A stretch of DNA of 64,000 nt from Candidatus Latescibacterota bacterium (GTDB lineage Bacteria; Latescibacterota; UBA2968): positions 512,001 to 576,000 of the forward strand of contig OZ241986.1 of NCBI GenBank assembly GCA_965204375.1, given 5' to 3'. The notes below the pieces were generated by a model. That model did no database searches. It worked only from the letters and a program-made list of their open reading frames with translations, and was not told the origin of the DNA. Position 1 is the first letter of the stretch. Every line of letters starts with the position of its first letter. This document shows, in pieces, positions 31,984 through 41,903 of the stretch. The position numbers and the translations under genes are program-made.

Positions 31984-34268
31984 AATTCCTCTCCTTCTGT
32001 CACTGTGAGGACCTGATTTACCTGGAGATTCTCAAATCGTTGAACCATACCGCTCGGCCATCGAATCTCCAGAAGGTCCACGCGCTTGTTGGACCCCAAA
32101 CCGAACTCCAGCGGAAGGCTATTCGTGGATCCGAAGCCGCATCCTCCGCTGACTTCTGCGTACAATAATAGCGATCCCGCACGCACGGTCACCGCCGCCC
32201 CGATTCCATCCCGGTTGCTCTGAGTTCCAACCGTTTTAACCACCAGCCAGGTGTTGGAATTCCCTTCGTTGCGATATAAGCGATTCACCCATTGATCCCC
32301 TATGAACGCCCCTCCAACAGGGACGTAAATATCCAAATCCCCGTCACCATCGTAATCTGCAAAGGTCACTCCATGCCCCTTTCCGACCTGTTCGACGACA
32401 GGGGTAGATGCGGTCACATCGGTGAAGGTCCCATCTCCGTTGTTGCGGTAAAGAGCATCGGGTTCTAACCGTCCCATCTCCGGGCCTCCGTTGGCCAGGT
32501 AGAGGTCCTGATATCCATCCTGGTCAATATCGCCGAAGTTGGCCCCCATAGATCCGAAGGCCTTGTTCAGCCCCGCCTGGATGGTCACATCGGTGAAGGT
32601 CCCATCCCCGTTGTTCCGATAGAGCACAGGCGTGCTGTAATAAGCGTCCGGACCTGTTTCTCCGTCAACCTGACTCTGGATATAATCGTTGAAATCCGCC
32701 ATAGATGAAAAGAAAAGGTCGAGATCCGCATCATTGTCATAGTCCAAAAAGAACGTCACAAATCCCTTCCGTCTTGAGGCGACTCCGGCTCGCTCGCTCA
32801 CATCGGTGAAGGTCCCATCCCCATTGTTGTGATAAAGGACATTGGGCTCTGTATGATTGACGACATACAGGTCCAGGTAGCCATCTTTATCGTAATCTCC
32901 AAAGGTTGTCCCGATAGCCGATCTGGTGTCTGCAACACCTGCTTGAGCGGCAACATTGGTGAAACTGCCGTCGCCATTGTTGCGATAGAGCACGTTGGGT
33001 GACGCATCCCCGACCACACCGTTGGCGACGTAAAGGTCGAGAGCCCCATCATTGTCGTAATCTCCCCAGGCAGCGCCAAAGCCCGATCCGGAATCTCCTG
33101 CGCCTGCGCTCGCCGTTACATCGGTGAAGGTGCCGTCGCCGTTGTTTCGGTAGAGCGAATTCGGCTTCTTGCCAAACCAGCCGTCCCGGGTTACGTAGAG
33201 ATCCAGATCTCCGTCGTTGTCGTAGTCGGCAAACAGAGACGCGAAACCTCCCGGCATATCGGCCAATCCCGCCTGGACAGCCACATCAGTGAAGGTGCCA
33301 TTTTCGTTGTTTCGATAGAGAGCCTGAGGCGTATAATGTCCCAGGGCGAAAATATCCTGGTCTCCATCATTGTCGTAATCCCCCCAGGCGCTGCCCCGTC
33401 CGCCATCCACCTTTGCGACCCCCACCCGGGAAGCGATATCGGTAAACAGGGTGGGAGAAACTCCGAAATCCTCGTGGAAAAGCCTGAGTCTGTATCTCTC
33501 CTCCAAATCCTCTGGATATCCACCTTCCCGATCGTAGGCGAGTTTAAGAGCCCATTTGGCCTTCAGGCTGCCCGGTCTGATTTTCAGGGCTTCTTTCAAA
33601 GCGGGAATGGCCTTGCGGTAATCCCGGCTTCGGAGATAGGCAACCCCGAGTTGATATTGGGCTTCAAAATGCTGGGGATAATGCGGGATAATCGATGCGA
33701 AGCGCTCTGCGGCTTCAGAAAATTGACCGAGTCTGAGTTCGACGATACCCAGTTGAAAGGAAGCGCCTGCATGATCGGGATTCACCTTCAGTACCTTCTC
33801 AAACTGCCTCTTGGCCTCCTCCAGGTTGGGAAGCATCCCCCCCGCGATCCCCAGAAGGTAGCCGACCTTCATCCGTGCATCCGCAGGGATACCGTCTGGA
33901 TCGGTCAGAAGCACCTGCTGGATCTCCTGTCGGGAGTCGAAGAACCGCCCCTCAGTCGCCAGAACCTCTGCAAGCACCAGGCGGGCTTCGATCCGGTCCG
34001 GCTCGATCTCGATCGCCTGGTGGAGCACATCGGCCGCTTGCCCCAACATCTGCTGCCTCAGATAGATCTCTGCCAGCCGTACGCGGGCATCGTAATGGGA
34101 GGCGTCGAGCTCCAGACAGCGACGGAATGCCTGGATCGCCTGCTTGTGCCGGCTCTGATCCATAGATTCGACCCCGCGTCGATAATGCGCTTCGACCTCC
34201 TCCTGGTCCGAAGATAGGGCCCAGACGGGAACCGCGATCAGCAACAACAAAAAAACCCGCATTTCCAT
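31980..34268 (-). CDS. Secreted TPR + FG-GAP/CRTAC1 + ASPIC/UnbV protein
   Basis: Signal peptide, N-terminal TPRs, about 7 DYDNDG blades, SNRDGIGA...FGLG...IRWPSG. Confidence 0.9.
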   Translation of the reverse strand: MEMRVFLLLLIAVPVWALSSDQEEVEAHYRRGVESMDQSRHKQAIQAFRRCLELDASHYDARVRLAEIYLRQQMLGQAADVLHQAIEIEPDRIEARLVLAEVLATEGRFFDSRQEIQQVLLTDPDGIPADARMKVGYLLGIAGGMLPNLEEAKRQFEKVLKVNPDHAGASFQLGIVELRLGQFSEAAERFASIIPHYPQHFEAQYQLGVAYLRSRDYRKAIPALKEALKIRPGSLKAKWALKLAYDREGGYPEDLEERYRLRLFHEDFGVSPTLFTDIASRVGVAKVDGGRGSAWGDYDNDGDQDIFALGHYTPQALYRNNENGTFTDVAVQAGLADMPGGFASLFADYDNDGDLDLYVTRDGWFGKKPNSLYRNNGDGTFTDVTASAGAGDSGSGFGAAWGDYDNDGALDLYVANGVVGDASPNVLYRNNGDGSFTNVAAQAGVADTRSAIGTTFGDYDKDGYLDLYVVNHTEPNVLYHNNGDGTFTDVSERAGVASRRKGFVTFFLDYDNDADLDLFFSSMADFNDYIQSQVDGETGPDAYYSTPVLYRNNGDGTFTDVTIQAGLNKAFGSMGANFGDIDQDGYQDLYLANGGPEMGRLEPDALYRNNGDGTFTDVTASTPVVEQVGKGHGVTFADYDGDGDLDIYVPVGGAFIGDQWVNRLYRNEGNSNTWLVVKTVGTQSNRDGIGAAVTVRAGSLLLYAEVSGGCGFGSTNSLPLEFGLGSNKRVDLLEIRWPSGMVQRFENLQVNQVLTVTEGEEL

Positions 34269-34298
34269 CCTCCATCTCTATTCAGGTTGAAACAGGAT

Positions 34299-35417
34299 TC
34301 AGGTATCCCATCCATTCGAAATCAGGGCCGCTCCCGTCTCCTTGTCGAAAAAGTGCATCTCGGCCAGATCGAACGCCAGGTGAACCGTTTCACCGACTGC
34401 CGGAATCCAATTCGTATAGATGCGGGCGACAAACCGCGTATCTTTCGCCCTCAGGTAGAGATAGGTCTCGTTTCCCATCGGTTCTACCACCTCAACGCTG
34501 GCGCGGACCTCCCCTCGTTCCCGGAATCCGTAGGGTGCAGACGCCTCGACAATATGTTCCGGCCGGATGCCCAGTACCAGATCCCGGCCGATATAGGCTT
34601 GCAGGCAACCGACACATTGCTCTGGAATGGGGAAGCAGATGGCACCGCTGGAAAAGGCCACCCCTTTGTTTCGGATCAGCCTGCCTTCCAGAAAATTCAT
34701 CGACGGACTGCCGATAAAACCGGCCACAAACCGGTTGACCGGATGCCGGTAGAGATCGATCGGAGAACCAATCTGCTGGATCCGTCCCCCTCGCATCGCT
34801 ACAATCCGATCCCCCATCGTCATCGCTTCGACCTGATCGTGGGTGACATAGATCATCGTCGCATCCAGATGCATATGCAGTTTGCTGATCTCTGTGCGCA
34901 TCTGGACGCGCAGCCCGGCATCCAGGTTCGACAACGGCTCGTCGAACAGAAAGACCTTCGGTTTCCGAACGATAGCTCGCCCCACCGCCACGCGCTGTCG
35001 TTGTCCACCCGACAGCGCCTTCGGCTTCCGGCCAAGCAGGTCGCCGATCCCCAGAATATCTGCCGCCTCCCGTACCCGGGCGTCGATCTCCTCCTTCCGG
35101 TATTTCCGCAGCTTCAACCCGAAGGCCATATTCTGGTAAACGCTCATGTGGGGATAGAGGGCGTAATTCTGGAAGACCATGGCAATATCCCGATCTTTGG
35201 GCAGGAGGTCGTTTGCCAGGCCCCCCCCGATATAGATCTCTCCTCTGGTCACCTCTTCCAGACCGGCGATCATCCGGAGGATCGTCGATTTCCCGCACCC
35301 GGACGGACCCACCAGGACCACAAGCTCTCCATCTTCCACCTGGAGATCGACATCCTCCACCGCCACCACCGCTTTGTCGAACACCTTTCGCACACGCTTC
35401 AGAGTCACGCTCGCCAT
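34299..35417 (-). CDS. Carbohydrate ABC transporter ATP-binding protein (MalK/UgpC/MsmX family)
   Basis: GPSGCGKST, MVFQNYALYPHM, LSGGQRQR, DEPLSNLDA, TOBE domain. Confidence 0.92.
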   Translation of the reverse strand: MASVTLKRVRKVFDKAVVAVEDVDLQVEDGELVVLVGPSGCGKSTILRMIAGLEEVTRGEIYIGGGLANDLLPKDRDIAMVFQNYALYPHMSVYQNMAFGLKLRKYRKEEIDARVREAADILGIGDLLGRKPKALSGGQRQRVAVGRAIVRKPKVFLFDEPLSNLDAGLRVQMRTEISKLHMHLDATMIYVTHDQVEAMTMGDRIVAMRGGRIQQIGSPIDLYRHPVNRFVAGFIGSPSMNFLEGRLIRNKGVAFSSGAICFPIPEQCVGCLQAYIGRDLVLGIRPEHIVEASAPYGFRERGEVRASVEVVEPMGNETYLYLRAKDTRFVARIYTNWIPAVGETVHLAFDLAEMHFFDKETGAALISNGWDT

Positions 35418-35490
35418 CGCTACCACTCATTCCTCTCTTTTCGGTGACACGCACCTCTCTCCTGAGTTCTCGTCCGCCATCCGCTGGCTA

Positions 35491-36330
35491 TCATTCACCT
35501 TTGAGCGAACCGACCATCAGGCCGGAAACAAAATAGCGCAGACCACTGAAATACAAAAGAAGCATCGGAAAAACGGCCACGAGCAATCCCGCCATCGTCA
35601 CCGGCACATTGACGCCGAATCGATCCCGAAAAACGGTGATCCCCACCATAAGCGTGCGCATATCGTCGGCCTGCAGGAGCACCAGGGAGATGAGTAACTC
35701 ATTCCAGACCCACAGCGCGTTGACGACGGCCAGGGTGGCGATCGCCGGAAGGGACAGCGGCAGCACGAATTTGCGCAACAGCAACCCGTGCGAACACCCA
35801 TCGATCAGGGCTGCGTCGAAGATCCCTTGGGGCAGCCGGCTGAAGAAGCCAGTCAAAAAAAATGTGGTATAGGGCAACATAAACCCGCAATACACCGCAA
35901 TGGCCGCCGGATAGGTGTTCACCAGGCCGACCTTCACCATAAAGACAAACAGCGGCACGATCATGGCGATGACCGGAACGGCCATCAACGCCGAGGTCAG
36001 TCGGAAGAGCACATGTCGGCCCGTGAAAGGGATCCGGGCGAAGGCGTAAGCTGCAAAGCACGAGATACCGAGCGTCAAACCGACCGACGCGATTGTGAGA
36101 ACGGCACTGTTCAAAATCCACCGCGCAAACTTCGACTGGCCAAAGACAGCGGCAAAATTGTTCAGCACAGGCGAAGAGGGCAATCCCACCGGATCCTGGA
36201 AAAAAGCCATCTGCTCTTTAAGAGCAGAAACCACCATAAAGTAGAGGGGTACGAGGGCCACGATGCACAGCCCGAGCAGAACAAAGTGGCACACGGCCGA
36301 CCGAACAAGTTTTTGGGCCATCGCGGGCAT
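35491..36330 (-). CDS. Carbohydrate ABC permease (MalG-like)
   Basis: EAA-type loop DAALIDGC, VWNELL, six TMs. Confidence 0.88.
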   Translation of the reverse strand: MPAMAQKLVRSAVCHFVLLGLCIVALVPLYFMVVSALKEQMAFFQDPVGLPSSPVLNNFAAVFGQSKFARWILNSAVLTIASVGLTLGISCFAAYAFARIPFTGRHVLFRLTSALMAVPVIAMIVPLFVFMVKVGLVNTYPAAIAVYCGFMLPYTTFFLTGFFSRLPQGIFDAALIDGCSHGLLLRKFVLPLSLPAIATLAVVNALWVWNELLISLVLLQADDMRTLMVGITVFRDRFGVNVPVTMAGLLVAVFPMLLLYFSGLRYFVSGLMVGSLKGE

Positions 36331-36333
36331 CCT

Positions 36334-37221
36334 CTACTCAAAAATTTCCACCCGGCGCAGCAGGCTGAAAAGGCCGAACAGGCCCACAACGACGAGCAAC
36401 ACCACGACAAACGAACAGGCGGAGGCAACGCCGATCTCGTCGTAGCTGAAAGCCCGCTGGTAGATATAAAATTCACTCACGTAGGTGGTGAAGCCGGGCC
36501 CGCCCCGGGTCAATACAAAGATATAATTGAATACCCAGCTGAATAGCTGAATCATCATAACGCTCGTGTAAAACAGAATCACCGTACTCAACTGCGGAAC
36601 CGTAACGTAATAAAGTGTCTGCCACCAGCCCGCCCCATCGATACGCGCACTTTCGTAGAGTTCGCCCGGAACCTGCATCAGGCGGGCCAGGAAAAGGACG
36701 ATGCCCAAACCCAATTCCCGCCAGACGATCACACCCCCTACGGTAAAAAAAGCAAGCTGAGGGTCTCCCAGCCAATCCTGGCGCAGTCCGCCCAGTCCGA
36801 TGAAAGCAAGAACGCTGTTAACCAGACCGCGGTACTGAAGGATGTAACCAAACGCGATGCCGGCAACCACAACTGGTATCATGTACGGGAGAAAGATGAA
36901 AAACCTGTACACCTGCCAGCCTCTGATCCGCTCGTACAGAAGGGACGAAAAAACCAGAGACAGAACAACGAGAATCGGTATCAGACAGAACAATCCAACA
37001 TTGTTCCACAACGCCTGCCAGAAGATTGGATCATCCAGCAAGCGTCGGTAGTTGTCCAGCGCGGTCCACACACCGGTCCCTCTATGCCGCAGGCTGAATT
37101 CGATAACCTTCGCCATAGGGTATGCATACACGAAGGCGAGAACGACAAGGGCGGGAACGAGAAAGGTGTACCCCGCACGATTTGCCCACTGTATCATCAC
37201 ACACTGTCTCCCGGCCTGCAT
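36334..37221 (-). CDS. Carbohydrate ABC permease (MalF-like)
   Basis: LDNYRRLLDDP.FW, ELYESARIDGAG.W, LTRGGPG. Confidence 0.88.
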   Translation of the reverse strand: MQAGRQCVMIQWANRAGYTFLVPALVVLAFVYAYPMAKVIEFSLRHRGTGVWTALDNYRRLLDDPIFWQALWNNVGLFCLIPILVVLSLVFSSLLYERIRGWQVYRFFIFLPYMIPVVVAGIAFGYILQYRGLVNSVLAFIGLGGLRQDWLGDPQLAFFTVGGVIVWRELGLGIVLFLARLMQVPGELYESARIDGAGWWQTLYYVTVPQLSTVILFYTSVMMIQLFSWVFNYIFVLTRGGPGFTTYVSEFYIYQRAFSYDEIGVASACSFVVVLLVVVGLFGLFSLLRRVEIFE

Positions 37222-37224
37222 ACG

Positions 37225-38571
37225 CTACCTGGCTTCAGAAGCCCAGGTCGCGAGTTTTTCAATCGTATCCACATTCGAATCTCGCCACCGATTGAGGAAC
37301 TCGTCCACCTGCTCTGCCGCTTGATCTGCAGACAGCGCTCCGGCGAACAGGGACTGCACCGCCAGGAAAAGATTTTCCCGATCCATCTGAGGCGGCCAGT
37401 AGTTCTGGTAATTTGTCATGCTCTCGCTCTCCATCCACGCGGCAATTGTGCGATCCTGTGACCACACAAGCCTGCTGCGGTCGAAGCGCTCGTCGGGCGG
37501 AATCGCTCCCGACAGGGCATGCATCCGATCCAGTCGTTCCGGAGTATGAAAGTAACAAAGCAGATCTGCCGCTTCTTCCTTGTGGTCCGACCAAGAAGTC
37601 ACAAGCAACTGCTGTGCCGTATTCGGCATCCTACCCGCCAGCCTGCCACTCCCGAACCGGGGAGGTAGCATGACACCCACGTTCTCCTCTCCCAGCATCT
37701 TGATGAAGTAGCTCACTTTGGTCTGGCCAGCAACGGCCATCGCCGCCTCTCCAGCCAGAAACAGGTTTTGAGCCTGATAGTATTCCAGCGAAGAGACATC
37801 CCGGTTGAAAACGCCCTTTCGAACCATCTCCTCCACGCGGTGCAGCCAGCCTGAATACAGAGGATGGATAAACGGAACCTCGCCGGTAGCGGCTTTGAGG
37901 ATATCGATAGAATCGTCCAATTCCTGCAAAATGAAGAGGCTGCTAAAATTTCCAATACCGCTCAGACCTTTCACACCATATCCCCACGGGACAAAACCGG
38001 CAGCCCGCAGGCGATCTGCTGCCGATAGGAACGCATCCCAGGTGCGAGGCGGATGATCGGGATCCAGGCCCGCCTGAGCAAAAGCCGGCTTGCTGTAAAC
38101 GAGCAGGAAGGGAAGCGCATACCAGGGAAGCCCATAGATCTTCCCCTGAAAGGCGGTCTCCCGCAGACTGCCGGGAAAAACAGGCTCCAGGTCGTCCTTG
38201 CTCAGCAGGTCGCTGATCGGATGCACATACCCCCGCCAGACGAACTGCATCGTGGATACCCCACCCCACATATACTGAATATCGGGGCCCTGTTGGGCCT
38301 GTCCGGCGGAGGCGAATGACGGGTAGAGCGATTCTGTAGCCTGCAGCACGGTTGCAATCTCAACGCCCGGATGCGCTGCCCTGTACCGGTGAACGGTCTC
38401 CCGCACCCACTGCTGCAGGCCCGGCGACTCCTGTTCGCCCCACCACCAGATGGTGAGATGAACCTTCGGTGCTGCCCGGACGCTGCCGGGCGCCAACCGG
38501 GCACCCAGAGACAGACCTGCCAGACCGGCGGTTGCTCGGCCGCCCCTTGCAAGGAACTCTCGCCGTGTCAT
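37225..38571 (-). CDS. Carbohydrate ABC solute-binding protein (family 1), Tat-exported
   Basis: MTRREFL twin-arginine signal; GPDI, GKIYGLPW, AGLDPDHPPRTWD. Confidence 0.85.
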   Translation of the reverse strand: MTRREFLARGGRATAGLAGLSLGARLAPGSVRAAPKVHLTIWWWGEQESPGLQQWVRETVHRYRAAHPGVEIATVLQATESLYPSFASAGQAQQGPDIQYMWGGVSTMQFVWRGYVHPISDLLSKDDLEPVFPGSLRETAFQGKIYGLPWYALPFLLVYSKPAFAQAGLDPDHPPRTWDAFLSAADRLRAAGFVPWGYGVKGLSGIGNFSSLFILQELDDSIDILKAATGEVPFIHPLYSGWLHRVEEMVRKGVFNRDVSSLEYYQAQNLFLAGEAAMAVAGQTKVSYFIKMLGEENVGVMLPPRFGSGRLAGRMPNTAQQLLVTSWSDHKEEAADLLCYFHTPERLDRMHALSGAIPPDERFDRSRLVWSQDRTIAAWMESESMTNYQNYWPPQMDRENLFLAVQSLFAGALSADQAAEQVDEFLNRWRDSNVDTIEKLATWASEAR

Positions 38572-39809
38572 TATAGCTCGCCCGAGTTCTGGTGTGCAGT
38601 TGGTAGCGGTCCGAACCGCTTGACGGCGTCGCTTCTGTCCACGATATCCGGCACCTGGACCGGCCTGCCCTCGTAGATCGACTGCACCGCACAGATCGCC
38701 CCGGCGCAGGACCGGGCGCTCTCATAGACGTTGCACGGCGGCTGATAGTCCTCCAGGATGGCATTCACCAGGTCCAGGTCGGCCAGGTACTCGGTGCCGC
38801 CGTGGCCCACCCTCCTGGAGATATCCTCATCCACAATCAACGGCGGCACTTCGATCTTCACCATCCCGTGTTCCGGTTGCTCCTTTGCAGCCTCATCCTC
38901 CTGTTTGACGGACATTGTGTACATCCACCCATAGACGCCTCTGCTATAATTCGGATCTTCGTCGGCAAAGCAGCCATAGACACCCGGCCCATCGGGAGGA
39001 TGGGGCAGACGGCCGGAGGTCTCCAGCGTGCCCTTCGTCCCGTACACAGCGGCATACTCTATCGTGGGCCGCTTCGGCCCCTTTGAACAGACGCATCGAG
39101 CAATTGCACCGCTCGCCGTTTTGAACAGCGCGACTTCGTGATCGTACACCTGTCGATAGGGCATATTCTTCTTGTTCCCGTACCCGAACACCTCGACGAA
39201 TTGCTCTCCCATCAACCAGTACGCATTATCCACGGCATACAGACCGCCGCCGGCGTTGATCGATCCCTGGGCCAGTTCTCCCAGCCCCCATCGGAAGGTC
39301 GGAGAACCATCCTGCCGGATGGTAATTCCCTCAATGTCGTGGACATATTCCGTCTCCACATAGTAGATCTCCCCAAGCCTCCCTTGTTCGATCAACCGCT
39401 TCATATGCACCGTCGGAGCCATCCATCGGAGCTGATTGTCCATCTGGACCTTCAGATTGCGCCTTTCAGACATATACACAATCTTCCAGAGCGTCTCCAG
39501 GGACTGGTTCTCCATTGGCACCTCAACCAGGACGTGCTTCCAGTGGTCCAGTGCAGCCAGAGTGTGCTGTCCGTGCAGGTGACAGGGCGTGCAGAGGACC
39601 ACCAGGTCCACATCCTTTTCGGCGAGCACGTCGGCGTATCGGGTGGTCCACTTGTCAATGCCGTGTTCCTCTGCCGCGGACCTGGCCCGCTCCTCAACGA
39701 CATCGCAGACCATCACCACTTCCGTCTGGTCGATGTACTCGTTGAACACCCGAACGTGCGCCCTCCCATGGCCCATCCCGACCACAGCAACCTTCAATGT
39801 CTTTGCCAT
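38571..39809 (-). CDS. Gfo/Idh/MocA family oxidoreductase
   Basis: VVGMGHG, HVLVEVPM, YYVETEYVHD, GHGG. Confidence 0.85.
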   Translation of the reverse strand: MAKTLKVAVVGMGHGRAHVRVFNEYIDQTEVVMVCDVVEERARSAAEEHGIDKWTTRYADVLAEKDVDLVVLCTPCHLHGQHTLAALDHWKHVLVEVPMENQSLETLWKIVYMSERRNLKVQMDNQLRWMAPTVHMKRLIEQGRLGEIYYVETEYVHDIEGITIRQDGSPTFRWGLGELAQGSINAGGGLYAVDNAYWLMGEQFVEVFGYGNKKNMPYRQVYDHEVALFKTASGAIARCVCSKGPKRPTIEYAAVYGTKGTLETSGRLPHPPDGPGVYGCFADEDPNYSRGVYGWMYTMSVKQEDEAAKEQPEHGMVKIEVPPLIVDEDISRRVGHGGTEYLADLDLVNAILEDYQPPCNVYESARSCAGAICAVQSIYEGRPVQVPDIVDRSDAVKRFGPLPTAHQNSGEL

Positions 39810-39830
39810 CGCCTGTTTCTCCTTATGGCT

Positions 39831-41846
39831 TTAGTCTGCGTGGATATGGTGACCGCTACCGGGGAACCAGATCGCATCCACGAGAATTGTCAGGGCGACT
39901 CCCAGTGCCCAGCCGACCAGGATGCCGATAAAAAACGGCCTGGACCGCCTGTAGAGTGCCGCGTCTCCGATCTTCATAAAGATCCATTTAAACGCCCAGG
40001 CCAGAAAGATGGAAAAGGTCATTCGGTAACTGAAATAAGTGGATGAAATCGCAAATCCAATCGGATGGATCGGCCAGCCGGGAAACCGGTACCGCAAGAA
40101 CGTCATCACCGCCATAACCCCGGCACCTATCCAGAAGAACTGTAGCTTCTCCCAATCGGTTGGAAATGGCGATTGCATATACACGACCACGTCGTTGAGG
40201 ACCTTCGGCGCAGCGGAATTGATCTTCCAGGAGTTAAAGTTGTAGGCTCCGTGGTCATACCCCAGGTAAAGGGTCCCCCACACCGAGCAGAGCAGAGAAA
40301 CAAATAGCGCCAGACCAGTGCAGACCAGAATTCCCTTCCGGGAACGTGCGGCCACATCCGCCACCTTCCCGACCTGTGTCAGCACCGGCATGAACAGCCC
40401 CGTCCCACGAGCCACTAAGGAGTATGTGAAGGCCAGGGCGGTCAGGCTGGCCCCCGAGGTCGCTTCGGTCCCCAGCACATACAGCGTGGAATACTGCGCC
40501 GTCATCGGCGCCCGCACATAAGCCAGGCCGGTCTCGACCACGATCCTCGACACCCCGATGTATATGACGAGAGTGGAAACCGTCAATACCAGGGCCATCG
40601 TGTAGCTCATCCCTGCGCTGTGCAGCCAGAAGAGAATGAACGCGATACCCAGGATAAATCCAAACACAACGGTCCGATAGGACATCATCTCGTCGTTGCC
40701 CCCGGCGAGACGGGCATCTCCGAAGGCACTGCGCACCATATCCTTCAGGTGATGCCGCGCTGTCCACAGCACCCAGAACACCATACACCAGAATGCCCCC
40801 CAGCACTGCCAGCCGGTGGCCGCGCTGTAGGACGACCAGTACGCTCCTTCCCCAGCGCTGTAGCCGATGCGGTTGAAGATAGAGGCCTCGACAATAAAGA
40901 TCAGAAAGAAGAACCAGATACTGAACAGCACTTCTAAGTTCGCAAAAAAACCGAACGCCATCGCAAAGAAGTGGATGTTCAGGTTTATACCCGGCGCACC
41001 CTGGTAAAGAACTACGTTTCCCCCACCCAGGGGAATGGCCGGGAGGCCCGGGACAAGATAGGTCAGAATGTTCCAGCAGACGATCCCGAACGGAATCACC
41101 ACCCCGGCCCAGAACAGCTTTCCACGCATAAACTCCGGTTTGAAGCCGGCTGCTCCGGATTTTGTCGCCATCTCGATTCCGACACTCACCAGAGGGTAGC
41201 CCAGCTTCTCGTGATGGATCCACTGTCTTCTCAATGCCACCACAATGCACGCCGAAACCAGCGTCACCGCTGCGATGAAACAGACCCACCAGAACAGGGG
41301 GATCACCCACACTTCCCAGGGAATACGTTCCCCTTTTGGCAAACCCTCGAAAAACCACGTCATCGCGCCGGTCTGGTCGGATGGGGCCAGCCAGTCAGAG
41401 ATATAGTTGTGAAAATATGGCTCCCATCGGTTCTCTGGCGAGGCAAAGTAGTAAGGAGAGGAAATGATCGCCAGCCAAAAGCCCGTCAGTTGCCATGTCG
41501 GCAACACGCTCCCGGCCATCACCATCGCCAGGATGATCAGCAGTTCGAAGGGCGAAAGCGGGCGCACAAGATCCAGACGCCCCAGAACGACGTTCAATAC
41601 AACCAGGACCAGGAAGCACAGAAAGGCAATCAAAGGGAAATGACTCAGGTTGAGATACGAAGAGCGGATCACGTACTCGTCGTAGGTCAAAAACAGGCTG
41701 GCGAAGGCCGCGAAGAGAACGCCCAGAATCACCGATCTGGTTGTAATTCCTTCCTTCTTCGCGGATGAGGACAGGTGCGCCTCATCTGCGGCTGTCGATT
41801 CAATCGTCGCCCCAGAAGGAACGAAAACAGGTTCTCGGCTATTCAT
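39831..41846 (-). CDS. DUF6785/DUF6784-type multi-TM membrane protein (putative transporter)
   Basis: 671 aa; ITTRSVILG, YYFASPENRW, W..W..PL.WW, LRRQWIHHEKLGYPL, WPIHPIGF, RPFFIG. Confidence 0.7.
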   Translation of the reverse strand: MNSREPVFVPSGATIESTAADEAHLSSSAKKEGITTRSVILGVLFAAFASLFLTYDEYVIRSSYLNLSHFPLIAFLCFLVLVVLNVVLGRLDLVRPLSPFELLIILAMVMAGSVLPTWQLTGFWLAIISSPYYFASPENRWEPYFHNYISDWLAPSDQTGAMTWFFEGLPKGERIPWEVWVIPLFWWVCFIAAVTLVSACIVVALRRQWIHHEKLGYPLVSVGIEMATKSGAAGFKPEFMRGKLFWAGVVIPFGIVCWNILTYLVPGLPAIPLGGGNVVLYQGAPGINLNIHFFAMAFGFFANLEVLFSIWFFFLIFIVEASIFNRIGYSAGEGAYWSSYSAATGWQCWGAFWCMVFWVLWTARHHLKDMVRSAFGDARLAGGNDEMMSYRTVVFGFILGIAFILFWLHSAGMSYTMALVLTVSTLVIYIGVSRIVVETGLAYVRAPMTAQYSTLYVLGTEATSGASLTALAFTYSLVARGTGLFMPVLTQVGKVADVAARSRKGILVCTGLALFVSLLCSVWGTLYLGYDHGAYNFNSWKINSAAPKVLNDVVVYMQSPFPTDWEKLQFFWIGAGVMAVMTFLRYRFPGWPIHPIGFAISSTYFSYRMTFSIFLAWAFKWIFMKIGDAALYRRSRPFFIGILVGWALGVALTILVDAIWFPGSGHHIHAD

Positions 41847-41903
41847 AACCCATTTGCCCTAATGTCCATTTTTTTCTCATGCCTTCAATTGTCTTCCCAT
41901 AGA

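Noticed and set aside
28863-34268. CRISPR-like or DGR-like repeats (recurrent CATCGGTGAA..TCCCATC..C.TTGTT)
   Set aside because: They are in-frame codons for the FG-GAP motif NNGDGTFTDV; spacing is irregular and no cas or reverse transcriptase gene is present.
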